A DNA stretch of 64,000 nucleotides from Phoronis australis. Taxonomy: Eukaryota; Animalia; Phoronida. Position numbers and translations under genes: made by a program. The stretch covers positions 581,614-645,613 of the forward strand of contig NMRA01000163.1 of the NCBI GenBank assembly GCA_002633005.1, read 5' to 3'. The notes under the pieces are model-generated. The model was not told where the DNA came from, did not search any database, and saw nothing but the letters and a program-made list of their open reading frames with translations. Positions 1 to 12,689 of this stretch are shown here, piece after piece; the stretch's first letter is position 1, and each line of letters begins with the position of its first letter.

Positions 1-1758
1 GATGAGGTGGTTAGCATAAACATAGCTGCGTAATGTGTAAAACCTTTATTGATGGTTCAAGTTCATATACATCCTTGAAAATTTTGTTTTAACACCCATG
101 GTCGAGTTAATGGCCATCACCTGATTTTTTGTTTTTTTCAAATTAACCTACAGTGCAGGTCACAAATTGTTACCTCACAGGTTGGCATCAAGTTGCGATC
201 CAACTTGTTGACTGCTCGTCTAGCCATCACTGTCGAGATAAGCAACGGTTTGCAAGCAGTTGTCAGTTCACTCCCCACTGTGGTCGTCACTTAGGTAGGC
301 CCTACCTAAGTGAAATCTGGGACAACCTCATGCTGAGGTGTATTTTCTAACATCTTGCCCATGCATTAAAGCAATGTTTCGTTATTACAGTCAAATTGAT
401 GAAATTCAAGAAAATCCCTGTATGTGGCATGACAACAGGGAATATTGAATAGCCTTCATTCGTGTGCTGAACATGCCTTTTAAAGGAGAATCCTTCATTT
501 AGACCAGTTGTGTCCCCATTCTATCAGTCACAACTTCTGTTGTTAGTCACTGAGGCATATAATTAGCTGACAAGTCATGCAGGAAACAATACTTTGTAAC
601 GAGTAGCTCAAGACTTGGTTTTTTTGTTGGAAAATTGTTATTACTTCACCAATTTTGAAAATTCAAGATTCCACATAGTCAAATTTTTAAGACCTATATT
701 CAGATTTTTTTGGTTTCCATTGGTTTTCATATCCCAAAAATAAAATGGTAAAACAGAACCATGATGCTTTCAAAACTTCTGTTTAGGTGTTATCTGATAA
801 GAAACAGTTGCCCTCACTGTGTGACAGTGAACAGAGCTGCTCTATAGATAACTAGCCTCTATTGAGAATGGAATGTGGATAGAACTGGTTCCGGGGGACC
901 TGTGTGACATTGGAGAAATTCAAAAGATTTCTCCAATTCGATGCTTGTCTCGCTTAAAAGGGACATTTACAGCTTGTCTGAAGTTGGAACTGCAATTGGC
1001 TGTGTGATATGCTTTCATTCTACTAACATTAGGAGAGCGGTCGGCTATTTTTCCTACGGGTCGATGGCTAGTTCTCGACTCGTTTCCAGACCGAAATGCT
1101 TGACCTTTGCTATAGCATTATCCTGGATGAATATATTGTGTAGTTGATGTAATCATTACACTCTATCAACAACAGTTGTGTTACAGAAACTGATTTGCTT
1201 TTATTCCTTCTTGTGTGTGCACGTGTAGTGTCAGAAAGGTGAGCAAGAATTAGTCGCAATCAGCTAGGGATTTGGTGGGACCTTGAATGGAGAATTCATG
1301 GTTAGTGGAAATCATAACATGACCTTCCCTTCGCACCCTGCTTTACTGAAACATTGCACTGGTGTGCATTCACATGCAACCACAGCTACCAAATATTTCT
1401 GTATATGAGCTCTTTCAATCAAATAAATTTCCGGAAAACATGCACACTTTTGGGTAATCTATGCGTGTTGGAAACCCCGAAGCTTTCTAGCAGAGAACTT
1501 TTCTTTTCGAAAATGCCATCAGCTGAGTGTGCCCTGGGTTAATGGAGGTATTCACATAAATCTGTGACTGTGAAATCACTTTCCCCAGCTGGCAACTTAT
1601 GTACATGATATGTGAAGAGAACTAGCAAGTTCATTAAATTAATGGTTGACTGGTTTTAATTCTTGCTCTTCAATGATTGTCACATGCACTCTTGACCCAC
1701 TAAGTGAAATTCAGTTTTTGTTCTTTTTGTTTCTCATTTTGCCTTGTAATTTTTGCAG

Positions 1759-1813
1759 GTTTTTGATGTCCAGTTATCTTGGTGTTTTTGGTGGTGATAA
1801 TCTAAACAACTGG
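1759..1813 (+). CDS. GSS: GSS copy A exon 5 (FLMSSYLGVFGGDNLNNW)
   Basis: ttttgcag|G...TGG|gtatgt; homologous to 31910-31964. Confidence 0.9.
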
Positions 1814-4800
1814 GTATGTCTACTGCTTAACCACACGTTGATAACTGTAGTGGGCAGTTAACACCTATTTACAAATTTCACTACATGCATGATTTTTTAG
1901 TTCAGCCTTCTCAGTGTAATTTAAGAGCAGCAATTGCTTGAAAGAGATTCCCATGCCAGTATGTGCAAGAGCTAGCAATGGGCAAGTTAGATTGAAGCAT
2001 TCTTACGCAGCATTGTTTTGGGACTGTTGAAAATTATTGCCATTTTTGTATGCTAACTGGTGTCATGAAGGGATGTCAGCTCAAAAACACATAGTGACTT
2101 CACAGGAATCATGATTTATGATTGGCTTTGTAGGTGGTGAGATTTAGCATGATCGAATATCGGATACCTCGAGAATCGTTCACGCAAAGGACTTGCTATT
2201 GACTATTCAATGCAGTTACTTGATGCCTTGTGATGCTTGCTTTCAGTCTTTTTTCTGTCATGGTTGCGTCAACGTACTTATTGCAAAAGCGCATGTTTCA
2301 GTGGACCCATGCTTTCAATTTTGATGCACTGAAATGACAATTTGTCCACTCATCCGTCATCATCAACTTATCCTGCTTAATCTTGAAGATGTTTACGAAC
2401 TGACAACCATCCCACAATGCATTTGGAAAATGACTTCAGCACTTTAAACATCGCATTTCTTCTTCCCTAAATGTGTATTCTGAGGTATCGATGAAAGTGA
2501 AAAAAGGAAATTGCCTCTGATGGAATGATATTTAGCTACAATTTCAACTTCCTTGCTGCTTGATTATTACTTTTCTTACTGCTTCATGTTGCACACTATT
2601 TTGAGGTGAGACTGCACTAATTTTTACTGGTTCGTGGTACACACCATTATGATGTGAGACTGCACTTCTAATTTTTACTGCTTCATGGTACAAACCAGTA
2701 TAATGTGGGGCTGCACTAATTTCTACTGATTCATAGTACAGACCATGACACGAGGGTACACTCTGAGTGCTTCATAGTACAGACCATTATGACATGAGGG
2801 TGCACTAAGTCTCTGTGTGCGTACACAGTGTTGCTGAGAGGAATATTACTTGAACGTCTCATATTTGAAATATTGGATTCGTTAATACATATGCCAAAAA
2901 TGGGAGATCAGGAGATTATCAAGATTGCGTGCAGGCAAACTAAAATCTTTCCCTGTGCCTGGCTGACTCTTCAGTCACAAGTCATCGGAATATCGTTGGA
3001 TGATGGTTAACATTGCTCAATTATTGCCTGATGATTGACACATTTTTAAGCAATTTCAAATATTAGTTTCAATATTAAGTTTTTCAGAAATATGAATTTT
3101 GCTTGTTAACTCTCTAAATTTCCCTGGTTTCCCTGCCTATACTTATAACAAAGGTTCTGTAATGTCATGGGCTATTGCCAATACCATATTTCCTGATAGT
3201 CTGCTAACCTCAGTCCCTCGTTATTGATGAGTCATTTGGCAAGCCGGTAATTTTTGAAGCCGCCAGTCTCAATCCCCACCCCATGGTCTTCACATACATG
3301 TAATATGACCATTTCTCATCTGTCAGCATCAAAAGCTAAAATGTGACTGATTGTATAAAAAATTGCCCAGTCATGTTAGGCATTGAAATACTTGTAGAAC
3401 TGCAGATGGGATACTCAAGGGCCAACACTGAATTTAGTGAATAATTTGAAGATAATTATTGCTGTGCATTGTCGCTTCCAATTTTTTATCTGTCTGAACT
3501 AACTTTGTGTGCCAATATTTGAGAATAAAAAAGAGGACATTCAGATATAAAGCGGGACATTTTAGTCAATGCCAAAATGCACTAGGTTGAAATGGGCCGG
3601 AAAACCCTTGGTGGCGTGTTTGTGGTGTCAAACGTGGTAAATATATGGCTATATTGGCATCATGGGAAATCACATTTGATGTATGATGATTAGTAAATTT
3701 TGCTATGTGTCAAAAAGCCAGACAATTTGATGGTGTGCAGGATGCGTGTCTAGCCTGCTGAAGGCTTCAAAAAGTGTGACAGTCTCGCCAAAAGCAACAG
3801 TTGACGTTCCTTGTTACATTGGCAGTACTGTAAAATGTCACCAATTTCGTAAATAAATAATTACCATAAATTTCTCTCATTTTTCAGAAAATTATCGATT
3901 GAGCTACAGTACAGAACTTGAAAATGGCAAAATATTATTTTCGTACTTTGTATCACATAAAAGCTCACCTCTCTGCAGTGTTGTGTCCGAAATTAGTGTG
4001 ATTTCACAGCTGTAGGTCTCTGAGATATTACCTTTTGCTCAGGATTTTATGGGAGATACACACTCATTTTGCAAATGGCACTTAAATGCTTACTATTTCC
4101 CATGAAACAGTTGTTAGAACTTAAGTTCTCTCTAGTGTTTTGATTTTGCTTCCAACTTTAACTGGTACTAGTTCCAGTTGAGACATATCATGGGAGTATA
4201 ATTGCTACAACTGATCCTGTCACAGAAGGCGTGCTTCAGTACTGACTTACTGATCAAATCTGACTGGTTTCAAATGTTTCAATGACACCTCATATCAAGT
4301 AATTGCCGTATTTGATTCTATTGAAATCACTTGATGTTTACAGCTTCCACAGAATGATCCCACTCAAGGCATGGCAAAGGGACTCGTGAAGGCTTGGCAG
4401 GTGTTCAAGAATGAAAGGTACAGTCATGTCTATTCTTAGTTGAACACTAATCACCCCAAATTTGTTTTTCAACCATAAAAATGATACTTTCCCTTTAACC
4501 CTGTTCTGGTGAGCAGGAGGTTCTCAATCTTGCCCTCGACTCAGTTGTACTTGGAATGCTTATTCTACATCATTGATACATTGAGAATTAGAACGTAGTC
4601 CATTACAAACTGTCCTATCATAAAATATCTTCAACTTACCTGCTAAAATATTGTACGGGTATTGACTAATCAGACCAATTCTCATGACTCCACAACCTTT
4701 GCTTTTATCTTTTTTACAGTGCAATTATTTTATTCATTGTTGAGGGAGAAAGTAGAAACATTTTTGATCAACGTCAAATTGAGATAGATATCATTCAGCT

Positions 4801-7800
4801 TGATCGTCGCATCAAAGTTTTTCGCAGAGATTTACGACAAGTGTTCAATGATGCTGCACTAAATACCGAGAAGGAGTTAGTCATGTGAGTACGTTTATCA
4901 TCGAAAACTGTTTGATGTTTCCTTTCAAGCATGTGTCGTTAACAGTTGTGAATCATCTTTTAGTCTGCCTGACTGCTCTTAATGTGATTGTCAAGATTTT
5001 CTTGAGATGAGGCATAGCTTAGTGCTGCATTAACCTTTGTTGCAAAGTTTCAAACAAATGTGATGATAAGCTGGCCTCATTTACTAGGCTAGAAACAGTC
5101 CACTGAACTGGTGTTCTTCTCATTCAGTGGAAAATTCTATCTGATTGGAGGATTGCGGTATGGTTTCTTATATCAGAACAAAAAATTTTTAAAAATAAAT
5201 TTTCGGACAATAGATCATGTTATTTGTAAATTGTATCCTGTTTCTGTATCTCCGAAGTTATTCTTTTCATGGCAGAACAGTCATTATTTTTTAAACATTT
5301 CCAACAAGACAGAGTAAAGAAGACAATTTACTTCTGATTTGAAAACATTATGTATAAGTACTGTCAACAACAAATACTGGGTGACATTTTGAACATTTTT
5401 GGCTATGCAGTGTGCACTTAAAAGTGAAACTTGAATTGACAGCTTTGACCATTATTTTTGTTTGAATTTGAGGAAGGTTTAGGTTCGATTTTGTGAATGA
5501 CATGAATTCTCTAACTGAAAACTTGATATCTGATTCGCTAAACAATTACAGTTGATTAAAAACAGTCAAGTGCTGCATAGGGTTTCTTTTCAACTGCATT
5601 CATTTGATTTTGTGTTTATTTTTTATTTAACTTTCAGAGATGGCAGGACTGTGGCTGTAACATATTTTAGAGCTGGCTATACTCCTGAATTTTATCCATC
5701 TGATAAGGTTAGTTTGTATTCTTATTTATGTGTGAGACCAACTGTGTCATGTGCTGAATGGGAATCCATGTTTTTTACGTATTAAACGTAATACTGCTTG
5801 CCATTTTAGAAGGCAATTATCATGAAAATTATTCAATGCAGGACTCATTGTGACAGACACGTGGAATATCGCATTCAAATGTATGGACAAACCTAATTTT
5901 TCACTGAATTTATTGGTTAAACGCTTATAATATGAAGTTGGCCAGCAAATGTCGGGCAACTTGGTAACATTTGAGCAGTTTCAACAAATGCAGAAAAAAT
6001 TGTATTAGCAGTATGTTCCAACTTGCAGTACAAAGTTTAACTTTTTCGGGGGCAGTTCATGCTTTTGCTCACTGCTTCTTTCTTGTGTTTTGTTTCAAAT
6101 ATCTGAAATAACCGGTCATTCCAACTGGAATAGTGGCAGGGGGGAGTGTCATTCTTGTGTTGTATCAAGTATCCTAAAAATATTCACATTCTAAAGTATG
6201 ACTTCCTGAACATGGTTTTACTGGGAGCTAAAAAATTGATTTTCCTACTTCGGGAATACCATAGTTTGTGCTGCAGTGTGTAGAAATTAGGTAAAAGTGC
6301 GCAACAGTTGACTAAGACTGAGAAGAAAATTGGTGTTTTGGTCCCAAATGATCCTGCAGTACAGCTCCAGCAGATATCAAGGCTTTTTGGGCAAAGCTAA
6401 TACACCAAGGTGGAACACAATTAAAATTAATGTTTCTATATTTTCTGCTGCTGATTGTGTCCGATTTGAACATATGGGACTGTAGTTGAATGAAAAATTC
6501 TCATTTTCTTACCAGCGTGCGAAGGCTTTAGTGTGCTGTGAAGTGTCATTTCTCGTTGATTTGCAATAATTGTGTTAACAATCATGGGACTTTTCCTTAC
6601 TTTTGTGCCTTCCAACGGGAATTTTAGAATTCATAAGATACAAAACACCATTAGTTTGAATAGCTGCAAGCAGTCACAGACAGGCACGCAGATCACATTC
6701 GGGGTGATGAAGTGGGTCCTCAACCTTTCATAATTAATGGAAAAGCCTGGCCAACTCCACGTAGCTCTCCAAAGTTTTTAGTTAATTCTAATTTCTCATT
6801 TTTGCTCAAAGACCTTCTCTTCATGGGTTTTGCAGGCATATTTTTAAATAATGTTAAATCTTTGACATTGCCAGATAAGAAATGATTAAGAAATTAAAGT
6901 GTTTATATTATTAACTTGAAGTGTGAATATTGCCATTAATGATAGCAACACCTACCAATCACTATCATGATGACATCACAGTTGAACGTTCACACCACAT
7001 TGAAGCGATGATGCTCCATTGCTAATTCAACCTGATCTCTGCAAAGTTACCTTGTGCTATTCACTTCGATCCAATGCCAAAGTGAAAGGTTCATATCAAC
7101 CAACACTCTGTAGAACGTGTTGACGTTGGTATGAAAGGCCCTAAAACCAAATTATTCAGTGAAGGGCAGCCAGTAAGGGTATGCTTAGGCTTTTTCCATG
7201 TCTGGGTAATTATAAAGGTAATGGGTCAATGGTTTGGAGACAAAGCCATTCAATTTATCAGTCTTAAGCCGGTTTCCCATTGCTTAAACCAAAATGAAGG
7301 ACCTGCTGAAAATATCTCACGATAATTAAGATAAGCAAACACAGTAACTTGCCAGTCAATGTTCCCATTGGACCGGACTAACGGCCGTCGCGGTAAGTAT
7401 TTAGGGATAAATGGATACATGGGGTGCATGTGTCAGACCATGTGGAATGAGAACAGGATAAAAGTGGTGTGAAATTGGCCAAACGAGACGCCTGAATCTG
7501 TATAGTTGCATTATCCGTGGTGTTTAGGGGTTCCACTTGGTTTTATTTAAATGTAAGTTGACTTCCTCGGATATAAATTGAGCCAACGACGTATGACCTA
7601 CATGTATGTGGCGTTGTACACTTTATTAAGGGACTGGTGTGTTTCTGATTTTTCTATGTAATTCTAATGTGATCTGAAGACTGAAAGCTATCAATTTTTT
7701 ATGCGCCCACATATTTATATGTGGACGCATTGTGCCGTCCTATCAGTTCGTCCGTCCGGCGTCTGTCCGGCGTCCGGCATCTGCTGCTCTATCTCCAAAA

Positions 7801-10800
7801 CCGATTGATGTAATGTTCATGAAATTTTGCACGTGTTCCTTTCATGGATGGTACGGCATGAGTAAACTTTCGGACGGATCCGACTCACGGTGTGCCCCCT
7901 AGTGGCAATAATTATTTTTACGTTTACGTGTACCTTCAAAGGTCCTCAACATATTTTCACAAAATTTGGTATATAGGCATCTGTTAGTGAGACGACAGTA
8001 TCCTTTCGTTTTCGGATGGATTTGACGTAGTTTGCGCCACCTAGTGGCCATTTTTCCTTTTTTTGCGTCTGTTTTTAGCGTCCACCCCTCTATCAACCAA
8101 ACCGCTTGAAGCATAATTGTGAAAATTGGCATGTATGTTAATGACGAGAACGGGTGACGATGATTTTCCGACGACTTTGACTACTGTGGCGCCTCCTAGT
8201 GGCAGTTTTTTTGCGTCTATCACTATATCTCCTAAACCGTTAGCAGGATCTTTACTTTATTTAGTAAGTGCATTTACATAATGATGACAACGAACAACAA
8301 CTTTCTGACAGATTTGACTACTGTTATGCCACCTAGTGTCAATTATATTTTTTTACGTTTTCCTCTGTATCTTCAAAGGTCCTCACTGTATTTTCATAAA
8401 ATTAGGTGTATAGGCTTCTGTTAGTGAGGTGACGCTATCTTTCTGTTTTCAGATGGATTCGAGCTAGGTTGCGCCACCTGGTGGCCATTTTTACTATTTT
8501 TTACTCTGTTTCTTGGCGTCCAGCCCTCTATCAACCAAACCACTTTCAGGACAATTGTGAAAATTGTCATGTATGTTTTTACTATGAAGTGGACATGTGA
8601 CAATGATTTTCTGATGACTTTGACTATTGTGGCGCCTCTTAGTGGCAGTTTCATTTTTTTCGCCCATGCGTGATCTTGACAAAGGACCACGCCGATCCCA
8701 ACGGAACGTTGATTTTAAATATGTTTCATGTACCTGTTTTCATTACTTTATTTTTAATACTACTGTCTACTTGCAATGTTTTCTTTCTTTCTGGTTAGGG
8801 TTGCTATCTTTTTTTTTTAAATGAAGTATCAAAACAACTTAGAAGTCAGTTAATTGTGAACCCGTCCCTGACTTTTCCAGTTACAGCTACACCAAACATG
8901 TCACAGGAAACAAAGCTACACTTTTTATTAGTTCAAGTTCAATCTTTATTAGAACTCAAATCATAAAATATATACAAAAGCGCAAATATGATCCTGGTAC
9001 GGGAATTGGGGATAGTTAGGCCTATAAAAGATCTTTAACCCAGCCGCAGAGCGTCTAAAGCCGCGCACCGTACCAGTGACTGCTGGCAACTCATCGGAGA
9101 CTCAACTTAAACATCCTTCGCCGCAGAGATAACAACTCTTGAGCTGTCTCCTGTGAGTCCATTCTTTGTTGAATGATGTTTAGGTAAAAAATAGCCAATA
9201 TGAGGATTTGAAACCTCTGGACGAATTTTGGTTGCAGTAACTGCATAACTATTCTAGCTTTTCCTCAGTCATAAAAAATGAAATCACAGATCTTGCCCAC
9301 CAACCAACCTCATCCACTGCTTGCACTCTCCCGTTGACTATAAAGCTATCCATCTTGTCACGTGGTGAATATCTTGCTGGTAGGCGGTTGAAACAACACA
9401 ATTTGATTTGGATGTAATAATGAGTATATTGACTAAATGTTTGAATTTCCCTAAATAAATAATCATAAAGATTAACAAAGAAGGCTAATTTAATCAGTCT
9501 GTGATCATGTTTCCCGTTCCTGGCGTCTACCTTGGATCCAGTGTTACACTTGTCCGGTTAGTGTAGGACTCCTCAAGTAAAGTAGTTCGGCATGCCCTGG
9601 ACCATAAGCGATGTTTTAAAAGTTATTGGCATCTAATTTAGCCACTGTGTGTTGTTTATAGATGTTTCAGTGTAGCTTAGTTGTATATTAAAAGAATAAT
9701 CCACGTGATATTATTAACTATGATCAGCATTTGTAAATCCACCGAGTATATCAATCACACAGTCGTTAATTGTACCCAATGTTCGTAGTTTTTAGCTTAA
9801 TAGTTGATCGGTTTTTAAAAATTGAAATCCAAACTTGGTTGTTTTTTCCATCTGAACACCGCTGTGGTATTTGTTTTTTTATGAAAACTGTTGGTTAATG
9901 CGTTTTGAAAAATCGCCAGTAGGCCTATGTACAGGCAGAGATGTTTACTACTGTTTATGGCCAGGTAGTTACACTAAATTGGATCTTGCTCGCACTGGAC
10001 AATGCGGTCCGACTCTGGTGCCACGCTCTCTTTGTTCCTGGTAAAAGCTGCTCAGGAGGATGAGCGATGAAAAGTCACGCATATCTTTAGAAATGCATGA
10101 CTTTCATGTAAGCGTAATATTCATGGCATGCCCCCCCCCCCCTCCAAGCCCAAAATGTAGGTTTTGGGGGACATGTTTGGACCATTCAATTATTGTAACC
10201 TTGTTGAATACAACAAGTAACCATGAGTGAAGGAAAGTAGAAATCGCTTCCGCATTATATGCAGGTTCTCATTCACTCCCTTTCATGCACCCACTACTAA
10301 GACCGAACTTAGAGGAGCAAGGGACACCTAATTTGTGCCATGCTCAATTGTCTGCCAGTAATGCCAGGATTCGAACCTGTGTCTCCCAAATGGGAGCCCG
10401 GAGCTCAAACCACTGAGCCACACTGTCTTCTGTTGTAATATCTTAACAACTGATTTGTGATCCACCGTCTCTGGGCAGGTGGTCGCCCCTTACCATCATC
10501 CAACAATGTTGCCACCTGTTGCACTAGGCTTGTGAACTGTACTGTTACAGTAGTAGCCCATTGCCAATTTCAGTCAAGGAGTGGTAAGTTTGGTTTAGTT
10601 GCTAAGACTGAATATAGTATGTCGGGTGGTAGTGTTTGTTTACTTGGTGGTTGCTTTTCTAATCCAGCTTTTCCTGGCATGATGTTAGATTAAACTAATG
10701 GTCGATTTTACTGTTTGTAACAGGAGTGGGCAGCAAGACTCCTGATTGAAAGGTCCAGCTGTATCAAGTGTCCATCAATCAATGTGCACCTGGCAGGAGC

Positions 10801-12528
10801 TAAGAAAGTGCAGCAGGAACTATGTAAAAGCGGTGTTGTTGAGCGCTATTTGAAGGACGCTGATGCAGCAGCTAGGATCAGAGCCACGTTCATGGGACAG
10901 TATTCACTTGAAACTGTACGTATATGTGTAGGCTTACCTATGCAGCAACACTGGGACCATTCCTGTGACCCACTTTCTTGACCCGCAAAAACAGTTCAGT
11001 GGTGGGGCAAAAATGCCATTATAACCATGATTATAACATGGACACAGGGCCACGTTCATTGGACAGCTTTCACTTGAAGATGTTAATGAATTCAGTTTAC
11101 TATGCATCCCCACATACCTGCTGGAGTGCATTTCATTGACCTAAGAATAATTTTTGTTTTTTTTTCCTGTGGCTCCATAAGTTACACTTGTAAGGTCTCG
11201 AGCAGACTCATGAAACACTCGCCTTTCACTCGCATGATTTTGTTATATGACACACATTTGTGAGTTTATTCTTGTGCCTGTAACTGATAACGCATGAATT
11301 TTTTGAAGGGAGTCTCTGGTGACCAAAGTGTTTCTATGGCATTATCGACACCCGGAAACTTTGTGCTGAAACCACAACGAGAAGGGGGTGGATTTAACCT
11401 CTATGGTGAAGACATGGTGCCCCTACTGAAGAAAATTCAAAATTCCAAAGAAAGGAGTGCTTACATATTAATGGAGTTAATTAAACCAAAGATATTCAGG
11501 AATGTCCTCATCAAGTCTGGATCACCAGTCACTGCCGGCGATGTGGTTGGCGAACTCGGCATATATGGTGTTCTTTTAGCGTAAGTTTGTTACAGTCCTG
11601 TAACCACATTTCATTATATTACTTATTACTCACCTTTCGCTGGCAAAAGAGCTTACATTTATTGTCAGGAGAAACATTAACAATTGACGTAATGTTTTGG
11701 GGATGCCCAAAACTAGTGGAATTTTACACCTGAGTGTCCATTTTTATACAGCCCACATAAATATAGCAGTAGTGAGACGAAACTGTCATCTTTTTGCATA
11801 ACCTTGCCCAAGGTCTATTCCCCTGGACGTGTAAATCCCAGCTGCGTGAGGTCTTACACCTTTAATGCAGATGCCCACTGCGCAGTGAATGATTAGTGTC
11901 GGGACATCAATGGATTCGGAATCAGGACAAAAAGTCACTTTTAGTTACTTGCAAAAGGTGGTCAACTTACTATATTCGATGCGTGTTACTCAAATGGCGT
12001 AATGCAAAAATTTGAGCTTTCCCTCTGACATTTGCTATTTATAGCTGGGACAGTCTTGATATCTCACAAACATTCTGTTTGAAATTTAAGCTGCCATATG
12101 TTTTGGAATTGACAGGGGTACCTAGTCCCCATAGTGGCTTAGGATTATGTAAATCATGGGACGGTATCATTCACGCAATAGGTCTTTTGAAATTGATATA
12201 CAAGGTCAGTGAAAACAGTTGTTTATGGGCCCTGCTCTTAGTCACGCAACTGTCCCAGATGGACCCTGTAACTAAACACAGAAAAGGTAATTCTTTTATT
12301 ACCCCCTGTGGATTCATGAATAGCTGAGCCCAGTATGATTCCTAGACTAGCAAATCCAAATCCTGTGTGGTGGTCCACTCATTTGAAGTTGTCTTTTTCA
12401 GTTGCGGTGATGAAGTTATAGAAAACCAGTTTGTTGGGCACTTGTTGAGAACAAAGTTATCTGGTGTAAAAGAAGGTGGTATTGCAGTCGGTGCGGCTTG
12501 CATTGATTCTCCTTTGCTGGAAGACTAG
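1759..12528 (+). CDS. GSS: Glutathione synthetase copy A, 5'-partial spliced gene: join(1759..1813,4344..4417,4720..4884,5638..5707,10724..10915,11309..11580,12402..12528); exons 1-4 upstream of window
   Basis: Seven GT-AG exons splice in frame into the C-terminal ~two thirds of a eukaryotic GSS. Motifs: RNIFDQR, YFRAGYTP, HLAGAKKVQQEL, VLKPQREGGG, ELGIYG, GHLLRTK..EGGIAVG..DSP, then TAG. Exon sizes 55/74/165/70/192/272/127 equal those of copy B. Confidence 0.95.
2575..2810. repeat. Degenerate intronic minisatellite, ~5 units of ~45-50 bp
   Basis: Recurring ttactgcttcatggtacanaccattatgatgtgagactgcactaat-like unit. Confidence 0.7.
4344..4417 (+). CDS. GSS: GSS copy A exon 6 (LPQNDPTQGMAKGLVKAWQVFKNE)
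   Basis: tttacag|CTT...AG|gtacag; matches the GSS N-P..G.A.G..KAW helix; homologous to 33501-33574. Confidence 0.92.
4720..4884 (+). CDS. GSS: GSS copy A exon 7 (AIILFIVEGESRNIFDQRQIEIDII...KELV)
   Basis: tttttacag|T...AT|gtgagt; RNIFDQR motif. Confidence 0.93.
5638..5707 (+). CDS. GSS: GSS copy A exon 8 (DGRTVAVTYFRAGYTPEFYPSDK, S-loop)
   Basis: ctttcag|A...AAG|gttagt; YFRxGYxP motif. Confidence 0.93.
7695..8690 (+). mobile_element. DINE-1/HINE-like (Helentron-associated) non-autonomous element with internal ~145-bp tandem subrepeats
   Basis: Starts with a T-run and hairpin (atgcgcccacatat-tt-atatgtggacgcat), then a GTCC/GTCT-type microsatellite (cgtccgtccggcgtctgtccggcgtcc), then two similar ~435-bp units (7892-8325 and 8326-8660). 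Confidence 0.65.
10190..10428 (-). mobile_element. tRNA-derived SINE
   Basis: Minus-strand head gacagtgTGGCTCAGTGGtttgagctcc...acaGGTTCGAATCCtggc (Pol III A and B boxes), followed by a non-tRNA body. The 3' boundary is approximate. Confidence 0.65.
10724..10915 (+). CDS. GSS: GSS copy A exon 9 (EWAARLLIERSSCIKCPSINVHLAGAKKVQQEL...YSLET)
   Basis: gtaacag|GAG...ACT|gtacgt; LAGxKKVQQEL motif. Confidence 0.95.
11309..11580 (+). CDS. GSS: GSS copy A exon 10 (GVSGDQ...VLKPQREGGGFNLYG...ELGIYGVLL)
   Basis: ttttgaag|GGA...GC|gtaagt; Gly-rich G-loop and ELG motif. Confidence 0.95.
12402..12528 (+). CDS. GSS: GSS copy A terminal exon 11 (CGDEVIENQFVGHLLRTKLSGVKEGGIAVGAACIDSPLLED*)
   Basis: ctttttcag|T...TAG; GHLLRTK and A-loop. 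Confidence 0.95.
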
Positions 12529-12591
12529 TCACATATTGGTTGTGCCGGTTTGTATGCATTGGCATCTAGTTGGACATTTCTGAACATTGTA

Positions 12592-12597
12592 AATAAA
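12592..12597 (+). terminator. Candidate polyadenylation signal of GSS copy A
   Basis: AATAAA 64 nt after the stop codon; usage is not demonstrable from sequence. Confidence 0.45.
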
Positions 12598-12689
12598 GTT
12601 ACTGGTTTGACTAAATTTACTACAATTACCATAGAAGTGCCCAAGAAAAAGGAGAAGTCAGTGATCATGGTGCAGTCATGTTTATTCTA

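Noticed and set aside
7899-8690. Paired similar ORFs (MPIFTIMLQAVWLIEGWT.../...MTIFTIVLKVVWLIEGWT) as duplicated genes
   Set aside because: The similarity comes from the tandem subrepeats of the HINE; frames are not maintained between units.
10361-10428. tRNA gene (also 59536-59608 and 16630-16700)
   Set aside because: A/B boxes are present but there is no complete cloverleaf or clean anticodon arm, and the sequence runs on into a repeat body; treated as SINE-like.
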